DNA of 64,000 nucleotides from a virus: positions 6,175 to 70,174 of IMG/VR virus record IMGVR_UViG_3300029258_002338. One strand, 5' to 3'. A model generated the notes under the pieces. The model ran no database searches and was not told where the DNA came from. It was given only the letters and a program-made list of their open reading frames with translations. Of this stretch, positions 17,253 to 28,647 are shown in pieces. Position numbers and translations under genes: made by a program. How positions within the stretch are numbered: the stretch's first letter is position 1; the number at the start of each line of letters is the position of its first letter.

Positions 17253-18917
17253 ATGAGCGTGGCCTGGGGAATCAAGGGCGTTTTGCCCGTCAATCGAGGG
17301 TGGTTTTCTGTTGACAAGGCTTCCATCCCCGAGTACTATCCGATACTGGCGGGGGAGTGCGGCCTACGCACGACCTTCAAGCGAGGTCACGAAGACGAAC
17401 TTCCCCATCGACTGTTGGTACACCTCACACACCTGCCCCTCTTGCCCGGCTGGGCTCCAGGCAGCGGTCCCGTCCTTGGCTCACAAACCGCCCCCGCAAC
17501 CTTGGAGCCCGCCGGGCCTCTTTCCACGCCCGCCTGGTGGGAGGAGTTGAAAGACGAGCAGCGCGAAGACGCCCTGTGGACCCGCGAGCGGCCGGGCGTC
17601 CTCATCGCCAACGGGCTCGGGAGCGGGAAGACGCGGACGGCCTTGGCCGGGTGCCGGCCGCCTGCCCTCATCATCTGCAAGAAGTCTGCGGTGCGGCGCG
17701 TGTGGGCCGACGAGCTGGACTACCTCGGCTGGAGCTACACGATCCTCGAAGGGCGCAACGTCAGCCTCGAGGCCATGGAGGAGCCCGTTCACGCCTGGAT
17801 CCTCAACTACCACGTCGCGCCGGCGTGGCTCCCCTACTTCGGCGTGGCCGGCATGGGCCCGAACCCCACGACCCTGATCGTGGACGAGGCCCATATGCTC
17901 CAGAAGCGGCAGCTGTCGTGGTCTCAGGCTCTCCGAAGCCTCAACCCCCAGCTCACCATCGCCCTGACGGCCACGCCCATCAGAAACCGGCTCAGGAGCT
18001 TCTACGGCGTGCTGGACGCCATCGCCCCGCGGGCCTTTGGTCACATCTTCGAGTTCCGGGTCCAGTACTGCGGAGCCGTGATGGGCGAGTACGGCCTGGT
18101 GGACGGGGAGCCTTCCGAGACCGCCCTCTGGCGCCTGCGGCAGAGGATCCGCCCCATCTTGCAGAAGCGGGACCGTGACCTCGCGATCCCGATCCACAGG
18201 GAGATCTCTCAGATCTACGTCGACCGAGACGACCTGGCCCGTCTGCAATCCGCAGCGGCTCAAGACGCCATCGCCAACGTGGGCAAGGGGCCGGGCATCC
18301 ACCTCAGTTGGGGCAACAGGGAGCGTCAGCTCGCGGGCCAGCTCAAGGTGCCGTCGGCGACCCAGTTCCTCGCGCGCAGAGCCGGGACCGACCGGGTGGT
18401 GGGGTGGTTCTGGCACAAGGACGTGCTCAAGGCCACCAAGGAGAAGCTGAAGGAGCTGCTCCCTTCGAATGTCAAGATCGACGTCCTCACCGGAGAGATC
18501 ACTCAGTCTCGCCGGGACAAGATCATCACCGAATGGCGTGACGGGGACCCTCACGAGCCTCGCGTGCTCCTCGCTACGATCGGGGCCGCGAGTGACTCGA
18601 TCGCCCTCACCACGGCAGCTCACGCCTTGTTCGTCGAGAACGATTGGGCCCCACTCCAGCTCCAACAGGCCGAGACGAGGACCCATCGTTACGGACAGAA
18701 GCACCCGGCGTGTCACGTCACCTACATGACGATCCCTCGCACGAAAGACGACGAGATCGCCCAGGCGTTGCTCGAGAAGGCCAAGGAGGCCGAGCAGGTC
18801 CTGGGAGAAGACGGCCAGCTGGCCCAGATGCAAGCCCTCGCCGGTGTCGACGAGGAACAGGGAGAGGCTTCCTTCATGGAGGACCTCGCGAACCAGATCA
18901 TCGGAGGAATCAGATGA
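17253..18917 (+). CDS. SNF2/DEAH-box superfamily 2 helicase
   Basis: GLGSGKT, IVDEAH, LTATPIRN, QAETRTHRYGQ. Confidence 0.9.
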   Translation: MSVAWGIKGVLPVNRGWFSVDKASIPEYYPILAGECGLRTTFKRGHEDELPHRLLVHLTHLPLLPGWAPGSGPVLGSQTAPATLEPAGPLSTPAWWEELKDEQREDALWTRERPGVLIANGLGSGKTRTALAGCRPPALIICKKSAVRRVWADELDYLGWSYTILEGRNVSLEAMEEPVHAWILNYHVAPAWLPYFGVAGMGPNPTTLIVDEAHMLQKRQLSWSQALRSLNPQLTIALTATPIRNRLRSFYGVLDAIAPRAFGHIFEFRVQYCGAVMGEYGLVDGEPSETALWRLRQRIRPILQKRDRDLAIPIHREISQIYVDRDDLARLQSAAAQDAIANVGKGPGIHLSWGNRERQLAGQLKVPSATQFLARRAGTDRVVGWFWHKDVLKATKEKLKELLPSNVKIDVLTGEITQSRRDKIITEWRDGDPHEPRVLLATIGAASDSIALTTAAHALFVENDWAPLQLQQAETRTHRYGQKHPACHVTYMTIPRTKDDEIAQALLEKAKEAEQVLGEDGQLAQMQALAGVDEEQGEASFMEDLANQIIGGIR

Positions 18918-19144
18918 ATCAGCAAGTCCACGACGAGAACATCAACATCCGCCGGGTAGGCGACCTCGAGGTCTGCGCGCAGTGCGGCAACCCCATCGTC
19001 AGCAAGCAGCACCACGCCTACCAGGGGCCGGACAACCAGTGGTGGGCTCGCCTCGAGTGCACGCACTGCAACTGCGTGCTGCACATCCGCGGGCCCTTCA
19101 AGGACATCTCCCAGACGGGTTGCGGCCTCCCCGGGGTGCGTTAG
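18914..19144 (+). CDS. zinc-ribbon protein
   Basis: ATGA overlap; CAQC...CTHC. Confidence 0.6.
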   Translation: MNQQVHDENINIRRVGDLEVCAQCGNPIVSKQHHAYQGPDNQWWARLECTHCNCVLHIRGPFKDISQTGCGLPGVR

Positions 19145-19645
19145 ATGGGGCAGCAGCGTAACATCACGGTGCTCGACAACGACCGCGGCGACCGACTCGT
19201 CGCCGAGCACCTGAAGCAAGCCATCACGGCCATCACGGCGACCGGGCACACCGAGGAGTCGGCGCGCCAGATCATCGACATGATGGCCGTGGAGACCCAC
19301 AAGATGGCCTTCGCGATGCTGCCATCGGCCACCGTGCACCAGCTCGCCGCGATCTGGGGCGCCGGCACGGCACTCGGCGTGGCCGAGCTGCTGATCGACG
19401 GGCACATCTCCGAGGGACAGGTGAGCGAGGTCGCAGAGATCTTCTGGTCCTCGTTCCGGCAGCGGATGCCCGAGGCCAAGCAGCGGATCGCGGCCTTCAA
19501 GGCCGAGTTCGAGAAGCAGCGCAAGGCCGCAGAGGACGCGCGAGCCCGAGCCGAGGCGGCGCAGGGCAAGCGGCCCGAGAGGTCGGACGGCCTCAAGCAA
19601 ACCCGGTCGGGGCTCTACGTGCCGAAGTCGATGCTCAAGGAGTAG
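19145..19645 (+). CDS. hypothetical protein
   Basis: 166 aa, abuts both neighbours. Confidence 0.6.
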   Translation: MGQQRNITVLDNDRGDRLVAEHLKQAITAITATGHTEESARQIIDMMAVETHKMAFAMLPSATVHQLAAIWGAGTALGVAELLIDGHISEGQVSEVAEIFWSSFRQRMPEAKQRIAAFKAEFEKQRKAAEDARARAEAAQGKRPERSDGLKQTRSGLYVPKSMLKE

Positions 19646-19650
19646 GGGAG

Positions 19651-20586
19651 ATGGACACCTGGGGAGACGTTTGGGCGACGAAGGCCGTCACGCCATCTTG
19701 GCAGGACGTCCTGAGCCCCGAGGAACGGCAGGGGGGAGGCACCCCGTGGGGCAGCTCGCGGTGGGCCGTGTTCGAGCGGTGCGAGTACCTCTACTGGCTC
19801 AAGTACGTCAAGCGGATGAAGCTGGCCGAGCCCAGCCACCCGCTCGAGATCGGCGGCCTCGTCCACGAGTGCCTGGCGGCCTACTTCCAGACCTTCCTCG
19901 ACTGGGCAGACGACGAGTCGAGCAAGGCCTGCGACCAGGCGTGTCTGGAGTCCATGTTCCGGCTGGTCGACCTCAACACCAAGCCGATCCCCCACATCGC
20001 CAACGAGGCGCGCCGGCTGCTCCAGGGGTGGCTGGTCATCAACGGACCCGGCACCTCGCACGACGAGCGGGCTCGGACCCTCGCGGTGGAGGCCTTCGCC
20101 GAGGTGAACCGAGACGGCTTCCCGTACTCGACCCGCTTCGACCGTCTCCTGTGGGACCCCGAACTCGACGGCGTGGTCATCGAGGAGACCAAGACCGCCT
20201 CGCGCTACAGCGAGAGCTTGCTGCTCGGCTACCGCATGGACCCGCAGTTCCTCGGCCAGCAGTACGTCTACCGCCGCGGACGCCTCGACCGGAAGTACGG
20301 CCCGCTGCGCGGCTACCGGGTCAACCTGATCGTGAAGACCAAGGGCCCGGACGTCTACCAGGAGACCGTCCCGATCCTCGTGCCCCAGATCCGGGACTGG
20401 ATGCAGGACAAGAAGCGGATGTGGTCCCGGCTCGTGCTCTGCGAGGCCGAGGGCCGGTGGCCCAAGCGGCGGGCCAACTGCGTGATGTACGGCCGGCGGT
20501 GCGAGGCGCACGACCACTGCGCTTGCCTCGGCAAGGGCGCGGGGGCCTATCGCGGGTGGGTCAAGAAGGAAGACTGGGAGGTCTGA
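19651..20586 (+). CDS. Cas4/RecB-like PD-(D/E)xK exonuclease with Fe-S cysteines
   Basis: RCEYLYW, GGLVHE, RFD...IEETKT, QxxxQ, CxxxxxxCxxxxxC. Confidence 0.85.
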   Translation: MDTWGDVWATKAVTPSWQDVLSPEERQGGGTPWGSSRWAVFERCEYLYWLKYVKRMKLAEPSHPLEIGGLVHECLAAYFQTFLDWADDESSKACDQACLESMFRLVDLNTKPIPHIANEARRLLQGWLVINGPGTSHDERARTLAVEAFAEVNRDGFPYSTRFDRLLWDPELDGVVIEETKTASRYSESLLLGYRMDPQFLGQQYVYRRGRLDRKYGPLRGYRVNLIVKTKGPDVYQETVPILVPQIRDWMQDKKRMWSRLVLCEAEGRWPKRRANCVMYGRRCEAHDHCACLGKGAGAYRGWVKKEDWEV

Positions 20587-20984
20587 TGGGTTACTTGCAG
20601 TTCAAGATGCGCTTGGTTCGGAAGGACGATGGTCTCCAGGTTCACAACGAGCTGGAGGGCAGCGACTTCGAGGCCTCGGTCTCGGAGATCTGCCTCACCT
20701 TCGCCAGCTACCTGGCTCAGATCCTCAAGGACCAGGCCATCAACAAGCTGGAGGAGCCCGACCCCACTCGGCCTCCAGACGTGCGCCAGGGGCACTTGCT
20801 GGGCTCCTACTTGCTTCAATCCATCGAGGCGACCCTCGACGCCTTCGCGGACGCCACCGACGACGACTCCCAGATCCTCGAGGACATGACCTTCGTGATG
20901 CAGCACACCTGGGAGAAGCAGCTGGCCAACAAGCTGGCCGAGATGGCGATGCGCCAGGGCGCCTCCTCCGACGAGGTCAACTGA
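20586..20984 (+). CDS. hypothetical protein
   Basis: Start ATG 20586 (TGATG overlap), MGYLQFKMR... Confidence 0.6.
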   Translation: MGYLQFKMRLVRKDDGLQVHNELEGSDFEASVSEICLTFASYLAQILKDQAINKLEEPDPTRPPDVRQGHLLGSYLLQSIEATLDAFADATDDDSQILEDMTFVMQHTWEKQLANKLAEMAMRQGASSDEVN

Positions 20985-21286
20985 TGCGCCACTGGGAGTA
21001 CAGGGTCCTGACGGACGCGGACGAGAGCTACTTCTGCGAGGAGTGCCAGATGGAGCACCGCGTACCCCTCGAAGACACCCTGAACCACGAGCACAACTTC
21101 GGCTGGGAGCCCGTGAGCGTGGGCATGGGCGGCGTGAGCGACGACGGGAATCCGAACTACCTGGTGATCCTGCGGCGGCCCATCCGGCCTCCGCATCTCT
21201 GCAAACACCGAGACGACGAGACGACGCGAGAGTCAACGACCAAGAAAGGATGTGAAGATGGCCCTCAACGTGAAACGGACGAGTGA
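20984..21286 (+). CDS. DUF4177-like small protein
   Basis: WEYRVL...LN...GWEPVSV...LRRP pattern with an inserted CxxC. Confidence 0.5.
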   Translation: MRHWEYRVLTDADESYFCEECQMEHRVPLEDTLNHEHNFGWEPVSVGMGGVSDDGNPNYLVILRRPIRPPHLCKHRDDETTRESTTKKGCEDGPQRETDE

Positions 21287-22040
21287 GATCGCCGGGCCCG
21301 GAGCCCGCGCGACCGTGCTCTGCTACGGGAGGAACGGCAGCGGCAAGACCCGCTTCGCCGCGACCTTCCCCCACCCCTACTTCCTCGTGCCACAGAGCGC
21401 GGCCAACGAGATGAAGACGGTCGCAGCCTACGACCTGCCCGTCATCACCTTCGGCTCCGTGCAGGAGCTGGGCTCGCAGGCCAAGGAGCTGGTCACGATG
21501 GTCCAGTCCGGCAAGGTGACCGACTGCAAGACGATCGTGGTCGACAACCTCACCGCGATCCAGCAAGACGCCGAGCAGGAGTTGAAGCAGCGCCTCGGTC
21601 GGCGCCAGCTCCGCATCCAGGACTGGGGCGAGTTCGGCGACTTCTTCGTCGGCTTGCTCCACGCCCTGCACCAGAGCCCGACCCACGTCGTCTGGATCAC
21701 GCACAGCGAGGTCACGACCATCACGAGCGAGAGCCAGCCCGACACCGTGGTGCACGGCTACACCCTGATCGGCAACCGCTCCAAGCGCCTGTTCCCCAAC
21801 CGCGCGGACTTCATCCTCTACCACGAGGCCGTCGATCGCGGCGTGCACTACGCCAAGACCCACGACGGGCAGCAGACCGAGTACCTCGTGAACCTGAAGC
21901 CCAAGGGTCCGTGGGACGCCCGCATCCGCGTCGAGGCCAACCGGAACCGCGACATCCCGCAGACCATCCCCAACCACTACGACGAGCTGGCCACCATTGT
22001 GGGCTGGCCGTCCCAGCAAGAGGCCGAGGAGGCCGCGTAG
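21252..22040 (+). CDS. Sak4-like AAA ATPase (recombination/annealing)
   Basis: YGRNGSGKT, IVVDNLT, QDWG, ITH; lies between the exonuclease and the SSB. Confidence 0.8.
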   Translation: MKMALNVKRTSEIAGPGARATVLCYGRNGSGKTRFAATFPHPYFLVPQSAANEMKTVAAYDLPVITFGSVQELGSQAKELVTMVQSGKVTDCKTIVVDNLTAIQQDAEQELKQRLGRRQLRIQDWGEFGDFFVGLLHALHQSPTHVVWITHSEVTTITSESQPDTVVHGYTLIGNRSKRLFPNRADFILYHEAVDRGVHYAKTHDGQQTEYLVNLKPKGPWDARIRVEANRNRDIPQTIPNHYDELATIVGWPSQQEAEEAA

Positions 22041-22126
22041 GAGGTGACCCACACGAAAGACGCTGAGTAACCGGTGCTGCAAGCGACAACGTGAAAGACG
22101 AAGACGACAACAAAGGAGAAAAAAAG

Positions 22127-22621
22127 ATGAGCGTTTTCGGATTCGAGTGGGATGGCCACGAGGCCGTCGGGACCGGGTTCCCGGAGCTGCCCCCCGGGCA
22201 GTACGTGTTCGAGATCAAGGACGCCTCTCCGGGCGTCGAGACCGACACGTCGGGCAAGCCCTACTTCCAGCTCCAGCTCGAGGTGATGGAGGACATCACC
22301 CACAACGGCAAGCACGTCGGGATGCGCCGCGGCGAGTACTGCTCGCTGGACTCCGAGCGCGGCCCCAGCGGCTTCGCCCGCATCCAGTTCACCAAGGGCT
22401 TGCTCGAGGACATGGGCCGCGAGGACGTGCTGCGCCCCGACAAGGGGCCGCAGGACCTGATCGGGCACGTCTTCAAGGCCGCCATCCGCAAGAAGGGCGA
22501 CTACCTCAACCTCGTGGGCGCCGAGCCGTTCGACGGCCCGGTCGAGGCCACGCGCGAAGACCCGGCCCCGGCGCCCCAGGCGGCGCAGCCGGCCCCGCGG
22601 CGCACGGGCGCCCGGCGGTAG
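22127..22621 (+). CDS. DUF669-like single-stranded DNA-binding protein
   Basis: ELPPGQYVFEIKD, DLIG; Pro/Ala tail; follows the Sak4-like gene. Confidence 0.7.
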   Translation: MSVFGFEWDGHEAVGTGFPELPPGQYVFEIKDASPGVETDTSGKPYFQLQLEVMEDITHNGKHVGMRRGEYCSLDSERGPSGFARIQFTKGLLEDMGREDVLRPDKGPQDLIGHVFKAAIRKKGDYLNLVGAEPFDGPVEATREDPAPAPQAAQPAPRRTGARR

Positions 22622-22628
22622 TCGCGAG

Positions 22629-23388
22629 ATGACCGGACGGGGATCGGGGATTCCGGTGATTCCGCTCGAACGGGAGTTCCCGGGACTGCGGGTGAGGCTG
22701 CTGGCTGATCGTCAGGAAGGCGTCGTCCTCTGGGACGTGTGGACGCTGGACGACGACGGAGAGGTGATCCGCCACGAGTCTCGTCGACTCGAGCCACAGG
22801 AGCTGCACTACATGGGCGACATGGTGTCGCTCTTGAAGGAGGCCCTCAAAGCCTTGACTCCACGGCGTCGGGTTGACCACTGGAAGCTCCGATCCCCCGA
22901 CGGGGTGACATCATGAAATCAACCAAGACCTTCAACTACTCCCGAGGGTTCCAAGACGCCCTCGACGAAATAGCTCGCGTCCGCGCCGCCCTGCTGCAAG
23001 CCGAGCCCCCCGAGATGGAGAACCCTCTCGGCTTGGCCTACACCGCGAGAGTGCTCGAGCAGGTCCACTCCCACTTGCAGCTCTACGTCACGGGCACCGA
23101 TCCCAAGCTGGCCCGGCTGCTGCTCCGGCCTTCGGAAGGAGAAGCCTGATGCCCCACTTCAAGATCCCCGGGTACGTGAAGCTCGAGAAGTTCGTCTCCG
23201 AGGAGGCGCTCGACTCCCTCTACCGCGTGTGCTGGATGGCGCTGGACGACGCCTCGCCCGTCCGCCTCCAGATCCAGGGGCGGCTACCCGACGAGGAGCT
23301 GGGCGAGCGCAACCGCCGCGTGATGGCCGTCAAGGAGTTCGCGGCGTTGGTCTGGGAGGCCTTGCAGCGCAAGCGCGGCGAGGGATAG
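22629..23388 (+). CDS. three small coupled hypothetical genes (22629-22916, 22913-23149, 23149-23388)
   Basis: Overlapping stop/start junctions. Confidence 0.55.
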
Positions 23389-23405
23389 CGAGAGGAGATA
23401 TCGAG

Positions 23406-24860
23406 ATGCCTATCGACAAGAGTCAATCCGCCGCGGGGATGCTGTGGCGGTCTTCGACCTGCGTCCAAAGTGAAACGTTGCCTCGCAGCGTCGCAGGGGT
23501 GGAGCGCCACGCCGTTTTCGAGGGGTGGGTACAACCCGGCAAGCTGCCCGACGGCGTCCGGTTGTCCATGGGGGCCGCGGCTCGCCTCGATGACGACAAC
23601 GTCCGCCAAGACTACGAAGTGGACGGTGAGGGCCACCTCGTCCGGCTGGGCAACCAGATCGACGAGGAGCTGTACCCTGCATATGGGCTGAAGTACATCG
23701 ACAACGCCGGGGAGCGCTGCACCAACTATGGGATGGCAGAATTCACGGCAGACACATTCGGCACCGTCGCAAAGGTGGAGCGTTGGGGCGGCTTCGGCTC
23801 CTGGGCCGACACCCCCCGCAACCGCGAGCTGGGGCTCTTCAAGGGCGAGGAGCCCGAGAAGCAGTGCATGGTCTGCAACGGCGCGGTGGACCCCAACGAC
23901 AACCACCAGACCTGCAACCCGATGTTCACAGGCAACCTGTGCGCCCAGTGTGACGGGACATGGGCTGCCTCCCATGGGGGCAACACTGATGGCATCTTCG
24001 GCGAGATGCAGGCGTTCCTCGAGCGTCACGGGTTCGGCCCCGACAAGCCGCCCAAGCAGGCCGACCTCGTCGCTGCCTACCGGGGCACCATGGATCCCTA
24101 CTGGTGGCAGCACAAGATGTGCTCCCCGAAGAAGGGTTGGCGCGACACCGAAGCACTCGACGAGCCCGAGAAGCCCAAGGGGCCAGATGGGGCTGTCTTC
24201 AAACGCACCTGCGACTACTGCTTTGGTACCGGCGACGTGGACGAATCGGGTCTGTGCGAGGACTGCCGGCAGTACATAGCGGACCACAAACCTCACACCG
24301 AGCACACCGCCTGGATCAAGGCCAAGCTCGCAGACGGCCGCGTCGTCGAGTCGCCGATGCCCTCGCCCAAGGACGGCTGGGTCGAGACGTGGTCGGAGCG
24401 GTGGCAGGAGGGTGAGTGCGCGACGTTGGCGGGTTCTGCGGCCAACACGGTGCATTGCCAGGACGTGTGGCACCCTACAGGAACCACCACTGATCTGCAA
24501 TTCTTCGAAGGTAGCCCAGAGGCCTTGTGGGTGAGGGACATGCGAGGTCCCCTCGTCAAGCGCCGCTCCGTTGGCGCGACGACAATCCAGCCCTCTATCC
24601 TCGAAGCCAAACGCTTCGAGCGCAAGGTCGAGCCCGAGGAGCTGCCGGGGTACGCGACGGCGCAGTCTGTGGAGGACCGGACAGTTGCGGAGCTGAAGTC
24701 GATGCAGGCCCACTACGGCTACGGCGACGGCGGCTGGGGCCAGCCCAAGCAGGAGCCCTCCAAGTACCAGCAGAAGCTCCAAGAGGAGACCGCCGAGGAT
24801 GGCCAGCGCCAAGACGCCAAGGCGCTGAAGGCCTACCCTCCGGGGAGTTGGGAGGAGTAG
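23406..24860 (+). CDS. hypothetical protein with multiple CxxC pairs
   Basis: Start ATG 23406 after GAGGAG; CMVC, CAQC, CDYC, CEDC. Confidence 0.65.
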   Translation: MPIDKSQSAAGMLWRSSTCVQSETLPRSVAGVERHAVFEGWVQPGKLPDGVRLSMGAAARLDDDNVRQDYEVDGEGHLVRLGNQIDEELYPAYGLKYIDNAGERCTNYGMAEFTADTFGTVAKVERWGGFGSWADTPRNRELGLFKGEEPEKQCMVCNGAVDPNDNHQTCNPMFTGNLCAQCDGTWAASHGGNTDGIFGEMQAFLERHGFGPDKPPKQADLVAAYRGTMDPYWWQHKMCSPKKGWRDTEALDEPEKPKGPDGAVFKRTCDYCFGTGDVDESGLCEDCRQYIADHKPHTEHTAWIKAKLADGRVVESPMPSPKDGWVETWSERWQEGECATLAGSAANTVHCQDVWHPTGTTTDLQFFEGSPEALWVRDMRGPLVKRRSVGATTIQPSILEAKRFERKVEPEELPGYATAQSVEDRTVAELKSMQAHYGYGDGGWGQPKQEPSKYQQKLQEETAEDGQRQDAKALKAYPPGSWEE

Positions 24861-24862
24861 CC

Positions 24863-27800
24863 GTGGGCAGGAACAGCTACTGGTGCAAACTCACCGGCTC
24901 CGCGTGTATGTTGGAGGTCGAGTACACCTGCGCCTGCGCGGGGGTACCAGACGCCGACGGGGACGACAGGTGCCACTACTACGAGCCCGGTGACCGGCGG
25001 ATGTGGCCCGAGTCGCTGGACGGTGAGCGCCCGACCATGCTCTGCAAGCACTACCGGGAGGGCGATCTGTGCCGGTGCCCCACGGCGGTGAAGAAGTGGG
25101 CCGAGAGCACCATCGAGGACCTCTGGGCCGTGGGGGAGTAGGTGGCTGACACTGGGACAATCACCATCACCTTCGAGGAGGGCGAAGACGGTGAGCAGAC
25201 CGTGAGGACTTGGGTGAAGGGGTCTATCGATTTGGATCGTCTGGTGGAGGGGTTCATGTGGAGTCTGACCTCGATCCTGCGGAACAACGGGGTGGACGAC
25301 ACCGAGATCCCCGACCACGTCCGCGAGCATCTGCGTGACGCGATGCTCGGCGAGTCTTCCAAGAAGGAGTAGCCATGCCAACGAAGACCCTGCCCTACGA
25401 CGCCAAGGAGAAGATCGTCAGCAACGTCCACTTCGTCCGCGCAGCCTTCGAGAGGATGGTGCAAGAGGGCATCGTGGACTTCGCCTTCGACCCGAGGTCG
25501 GATTACCACTACGACTTCATCGAGCACACCGTCACCTTCCACGTCACCTTCCGCACGGAGTACTCATCCGAGGAGGCCCGCCAGAAGATGATAGAGGTGC
25601 TGGGGCTGGAGCCGGAGGAGGGGTAGATGGATCCGCGACAGGTAGTGTACACCAGCGCGCAGGTCATGGCGCAGGCGGCCGAGAAGCTCGTTGACGAGAT
25701 CGGCGCGGTGGCCTATGCGCAGTTGGTACTCAAGGCCCTCGGAGTTCCCCCCCACAAGATTTCAGATGATCCGCAGACGCTCAGCACCCAGATGGCCCAG
25801 GCCCTCCAAGTGCTGATGCTGTCAGAGACGAGCGACGACCAGTTCTACAACCTAATCGGTGAGGTCGCGAAGGCCGGGGGGACTGAGGTCAAGCAGTGCA
25901 TCGCCGCCGAGCTGTTGCTGATCCAGCAACTGGGATTGAAGTTCGAGGAGGAGGAGGAGGAGTGAGGATGACACTTTGGCAACGTTTTAAGTTGTGGTTC
26001 AAGCCGCGGCGCGAACGGGAGCTATTCCTCGCCATGGGTGGGGGCCGTAACGTGTACCGTAGTTTGCGCGTCGAGCCTGGATCGATGTCCATGGAGGTAG
26101 GCACCACGGTGGCGGGCGCAACGGATCAAGACCTGCGTGAAGAGGTGGAGCCAGTAGAGGTTCTGCGCCTACTCGAAGAACCCGTGAAGTTCAGCATCGA
26201 GGCCCTCGACGAGAAGATTACCAAGCTCGAAGATCATGCGTTGCTGGCGGCCGAGGCCAACGATTCGGTGCCTGGCGATGTCTACCACGCCATCCAGGTA
26301 CTCAAGGCACGCCGCCGCTACAACGATGTAGCCCACGAGATCTGCTGGCCGACCACGACGCAACAACGCATCGACGAGCTGTGCACAAAATACAAGCTGC
26401 GTCACGGTTCAGCTGTAATGTTCCTTCCTGGCCTCCCCGCCCAGGCCCTACGCGAGATGTCGAAGTATCGTAGGGCCGTCTACGACAAGGTGGTAAAGAA
26501 GGGCGAATCTCTAGACCCACGGCCAGACTACTCGCTCATCGCCAAGCCCCAGCACTTCCGTACTGAGCGAAAGGGAGATCCTATCCTGTTGGCGAAATCT
26601 CCGTTCGGGGAGTTCTTCTACGTCCTCTGTGCCTGGGATGAGGAGGTCAACATTGTCGAGGAGTTGCTGGCATGAAACAGCTCTACGAGTACCTAGGATG
26701 AAGTTTGAACCCCACCACTGCGGATTTTGCCTCCACTCGTCTCCGTCGCCCAAGTATGGGCGTGGGTTCCAGGTGTGCATGATCCACCCCGACGACTCCG
26801 AGGACGGCTACGAGCTGTGTGGGTGGGTGAGGCAGCGCAGCAACATCATCCCACTGGGTGGCGAGCGTGGGGACTTCTGCCCCGATCACACCCCCATCGC
26901 GACGGCCCAGTGGGCCGATACAGGAGAACGATAAAATGACCGCCATCACCCACTACTGCCCCAGCTGCGACACCCCGCTCGAGGTTCGTGAGTACGGACC
27001 CGAGGAGGATTGTGGCCTCGGCGAGCCCGGCCACGATGCCTACCTCGAATGCCCGCGCTGCAACTGGGAAGCCAGCGCCATCGAGCAGGACTCGTTCTGC
27101 GCGGCCTGGGCGCACGTCACCGGGTGCCACAGTCGCGGCATCACCCTGATCAACGAGCCCAGGGAGAAATAACATGACCAAGAACATCATCAGATCCATA
27201 ACCGTCTGGGACGAGTACGCTGGTGGCGAGCGCCGTCCGCACCTCATCGAGGCCAAGGATCTCGCCGACGCGCGGGATCAGGTCTGCAAGCTCATCCGCA
27301 AGGTGGGCTGCCAGCGGCAGCTCCCTCTGACCCACCAGGCGATCATCCACCGCGGCTGGCCCCCGAAGCCCGGCGACTACGTCATCCACGTCGGGGCGCT
27401 GGAGAGCATCGAAGACGTGTTCCTGGGCAAAGCCGCGTCGGTGGCCGTTGGCGCGCACGACCGGATAACTCGCGACTGCACGCCACACAACCCGACGTAC
27501 ACGTTGGAGTCGGGCACGATGGTGCACCTCACCAACGAGGGGCGGCTGTTCGACGAGAAGAACCCCGCCAGGGTCTGCCACTTCTGCGGGCACGCCTTCT
27601 TCAGCGAGACGCTGATCCAGATCGACGGGGCGGACGAGGACGGGCTGAACGAGTGGGCGTGCTCGACGTGTTACGGCGAGCTGGTCCCCCGCGCCAACGC
27701 CCTCCTCTGGCGCGTCCGCAAGATCCTCGAAAGCGACATGGCTCACACCGACCCAGTGGCCCTGGTGGCGAAGCTGCAGAAGCTCGTGGCGCAGAAGTAG
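24863..27800 (+). CDS. run of small accessory genes (24863-25141, 25142-25372, 25375-25626, 25627-25965, 25968-26675, 26698-26934, 26936-27172, 27174-27800)
   Basis: Contiguous ORFs, most with an RBS; several Cys-rich; 25968-26675 ends in a DPILL...WDEE motif common in phage proteins. Confidence 0.55.
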
Positions 27801-28579
27801 GGCCGATGCCCGTCGTCCACAAGCTCGAGAAGGGGCCCATGCCGACGCGCACGATGTGCGGCTTGGTGCCTTGGTATATGCACCCAACCTGGGACTGGCC
27901 CAAGGACAACCGCTTCGCTCGCACGGTGCACCAGAGCTGGCGCGGCGTGACCTGCAAGCGCTGCTTGCGCACCAAGCCTCGATGACCGACCTCCACGCTC
28001 TCATGCTCCGGCTGTTCAAACGCATCGCCGTCGCAGGCCCCGCGAAGTGCTGGGAGTGGCAGGGCTACCGGCAACCCTCGGGCCATGGCCACGTCAAGGT
28101 CGGCGGCCGGGCGCTGAAGAGCCACCGCGTGGTCTACGAGCTGTTCCACGGTCCACTGGAGCGCGACGAGGTGGTCCGCCACCTGTGTGGCAACGCCGCC
28201 TGCTGCAACCCCAGCCACCTCGCCGTGGGGACGCGCCAGGAGAACGCCTGGGACTCGCAGAGGCACCGCACGTTCCCCCAGAACGGCGCCCGCCTCGACG
28301 CTGACACCGTCATCGAGCTGCGGGAGAGGTACGCCCTGGGCTTCCGCGGCTTCAAGGCTCTGGGGAGTCTGTACGGGGTCAGCGAGGCCACCGCCTCCGA
28401 CATCGTCCACCGTCGCACCTGGCGCGACGTGGAGTACCGCGACTGCTACGACCCGGAGGCACCGGTTCCCTTCTGATTATTTTATTACACTCCACTGGAG
28501 CGTCGGGTAGAACTTTTGACTCACAAGGGGAGGCTCAAACATGGCAAAATTGAAGGTGTAGAAGCTCGTGGCGCAGAAG
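27778..28579 (+). mobile_element. HNH cassette flanked by 20-bp direct repeats
   Basis: AGAAGCTCGTGGCGCAGAAG at 27778-27797 and 28560-28579 encloses 27806-27985 and the HNH gene. Confidence 0.6.
27982..28476 (+). CDS. free-standing HNH homing endonuclease with C-terminal HTH
   Basis: CWEWQG...SHRVVY...RHLCGNAACCNPSHL...EN. Confidence 0.9.
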   Translation: MTDLHALMLRLFKRIAVAGPAKCWEWQGYRQPSGHGHVKVGGRALKSHRVVYELFHGPLERDEVVRHLCGNAACCNPSHLAVGTRQENAWDSQRHRTFPQNGARLDADTVIELRERYALGFRGFKALGSLYGVSEATASDIVHRRTWRDVEYRDCYDPEAPVPF

Positions 28580-28647
28580 GAAGACGCCAAGTAAAAAGTG
28601 CTTGACACCTCGATCCTCCCCATGATAGCAAGTAAACTAGGCCGGGA

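Noticed and set aside
17357-18178. Alternative GTG start or frameshift for the helicase
   Set aside because: The helicase frame is open from ATG 17253 with a matching upstream promoter; the alternative frame is Arg/Pro-rich noise
19651-20586. CRISPR-Cas locus suggested by the Cas4-like gene
   Set aside because: No repeat-spacer array or other cas genes seen; the context is an exonuclease-Sak4-SSB recombination module
28602-28640. Promoter for the DNA polymerase
   Set aside because: TTGACA is present but there is no convincing -10 at 16-18 nt
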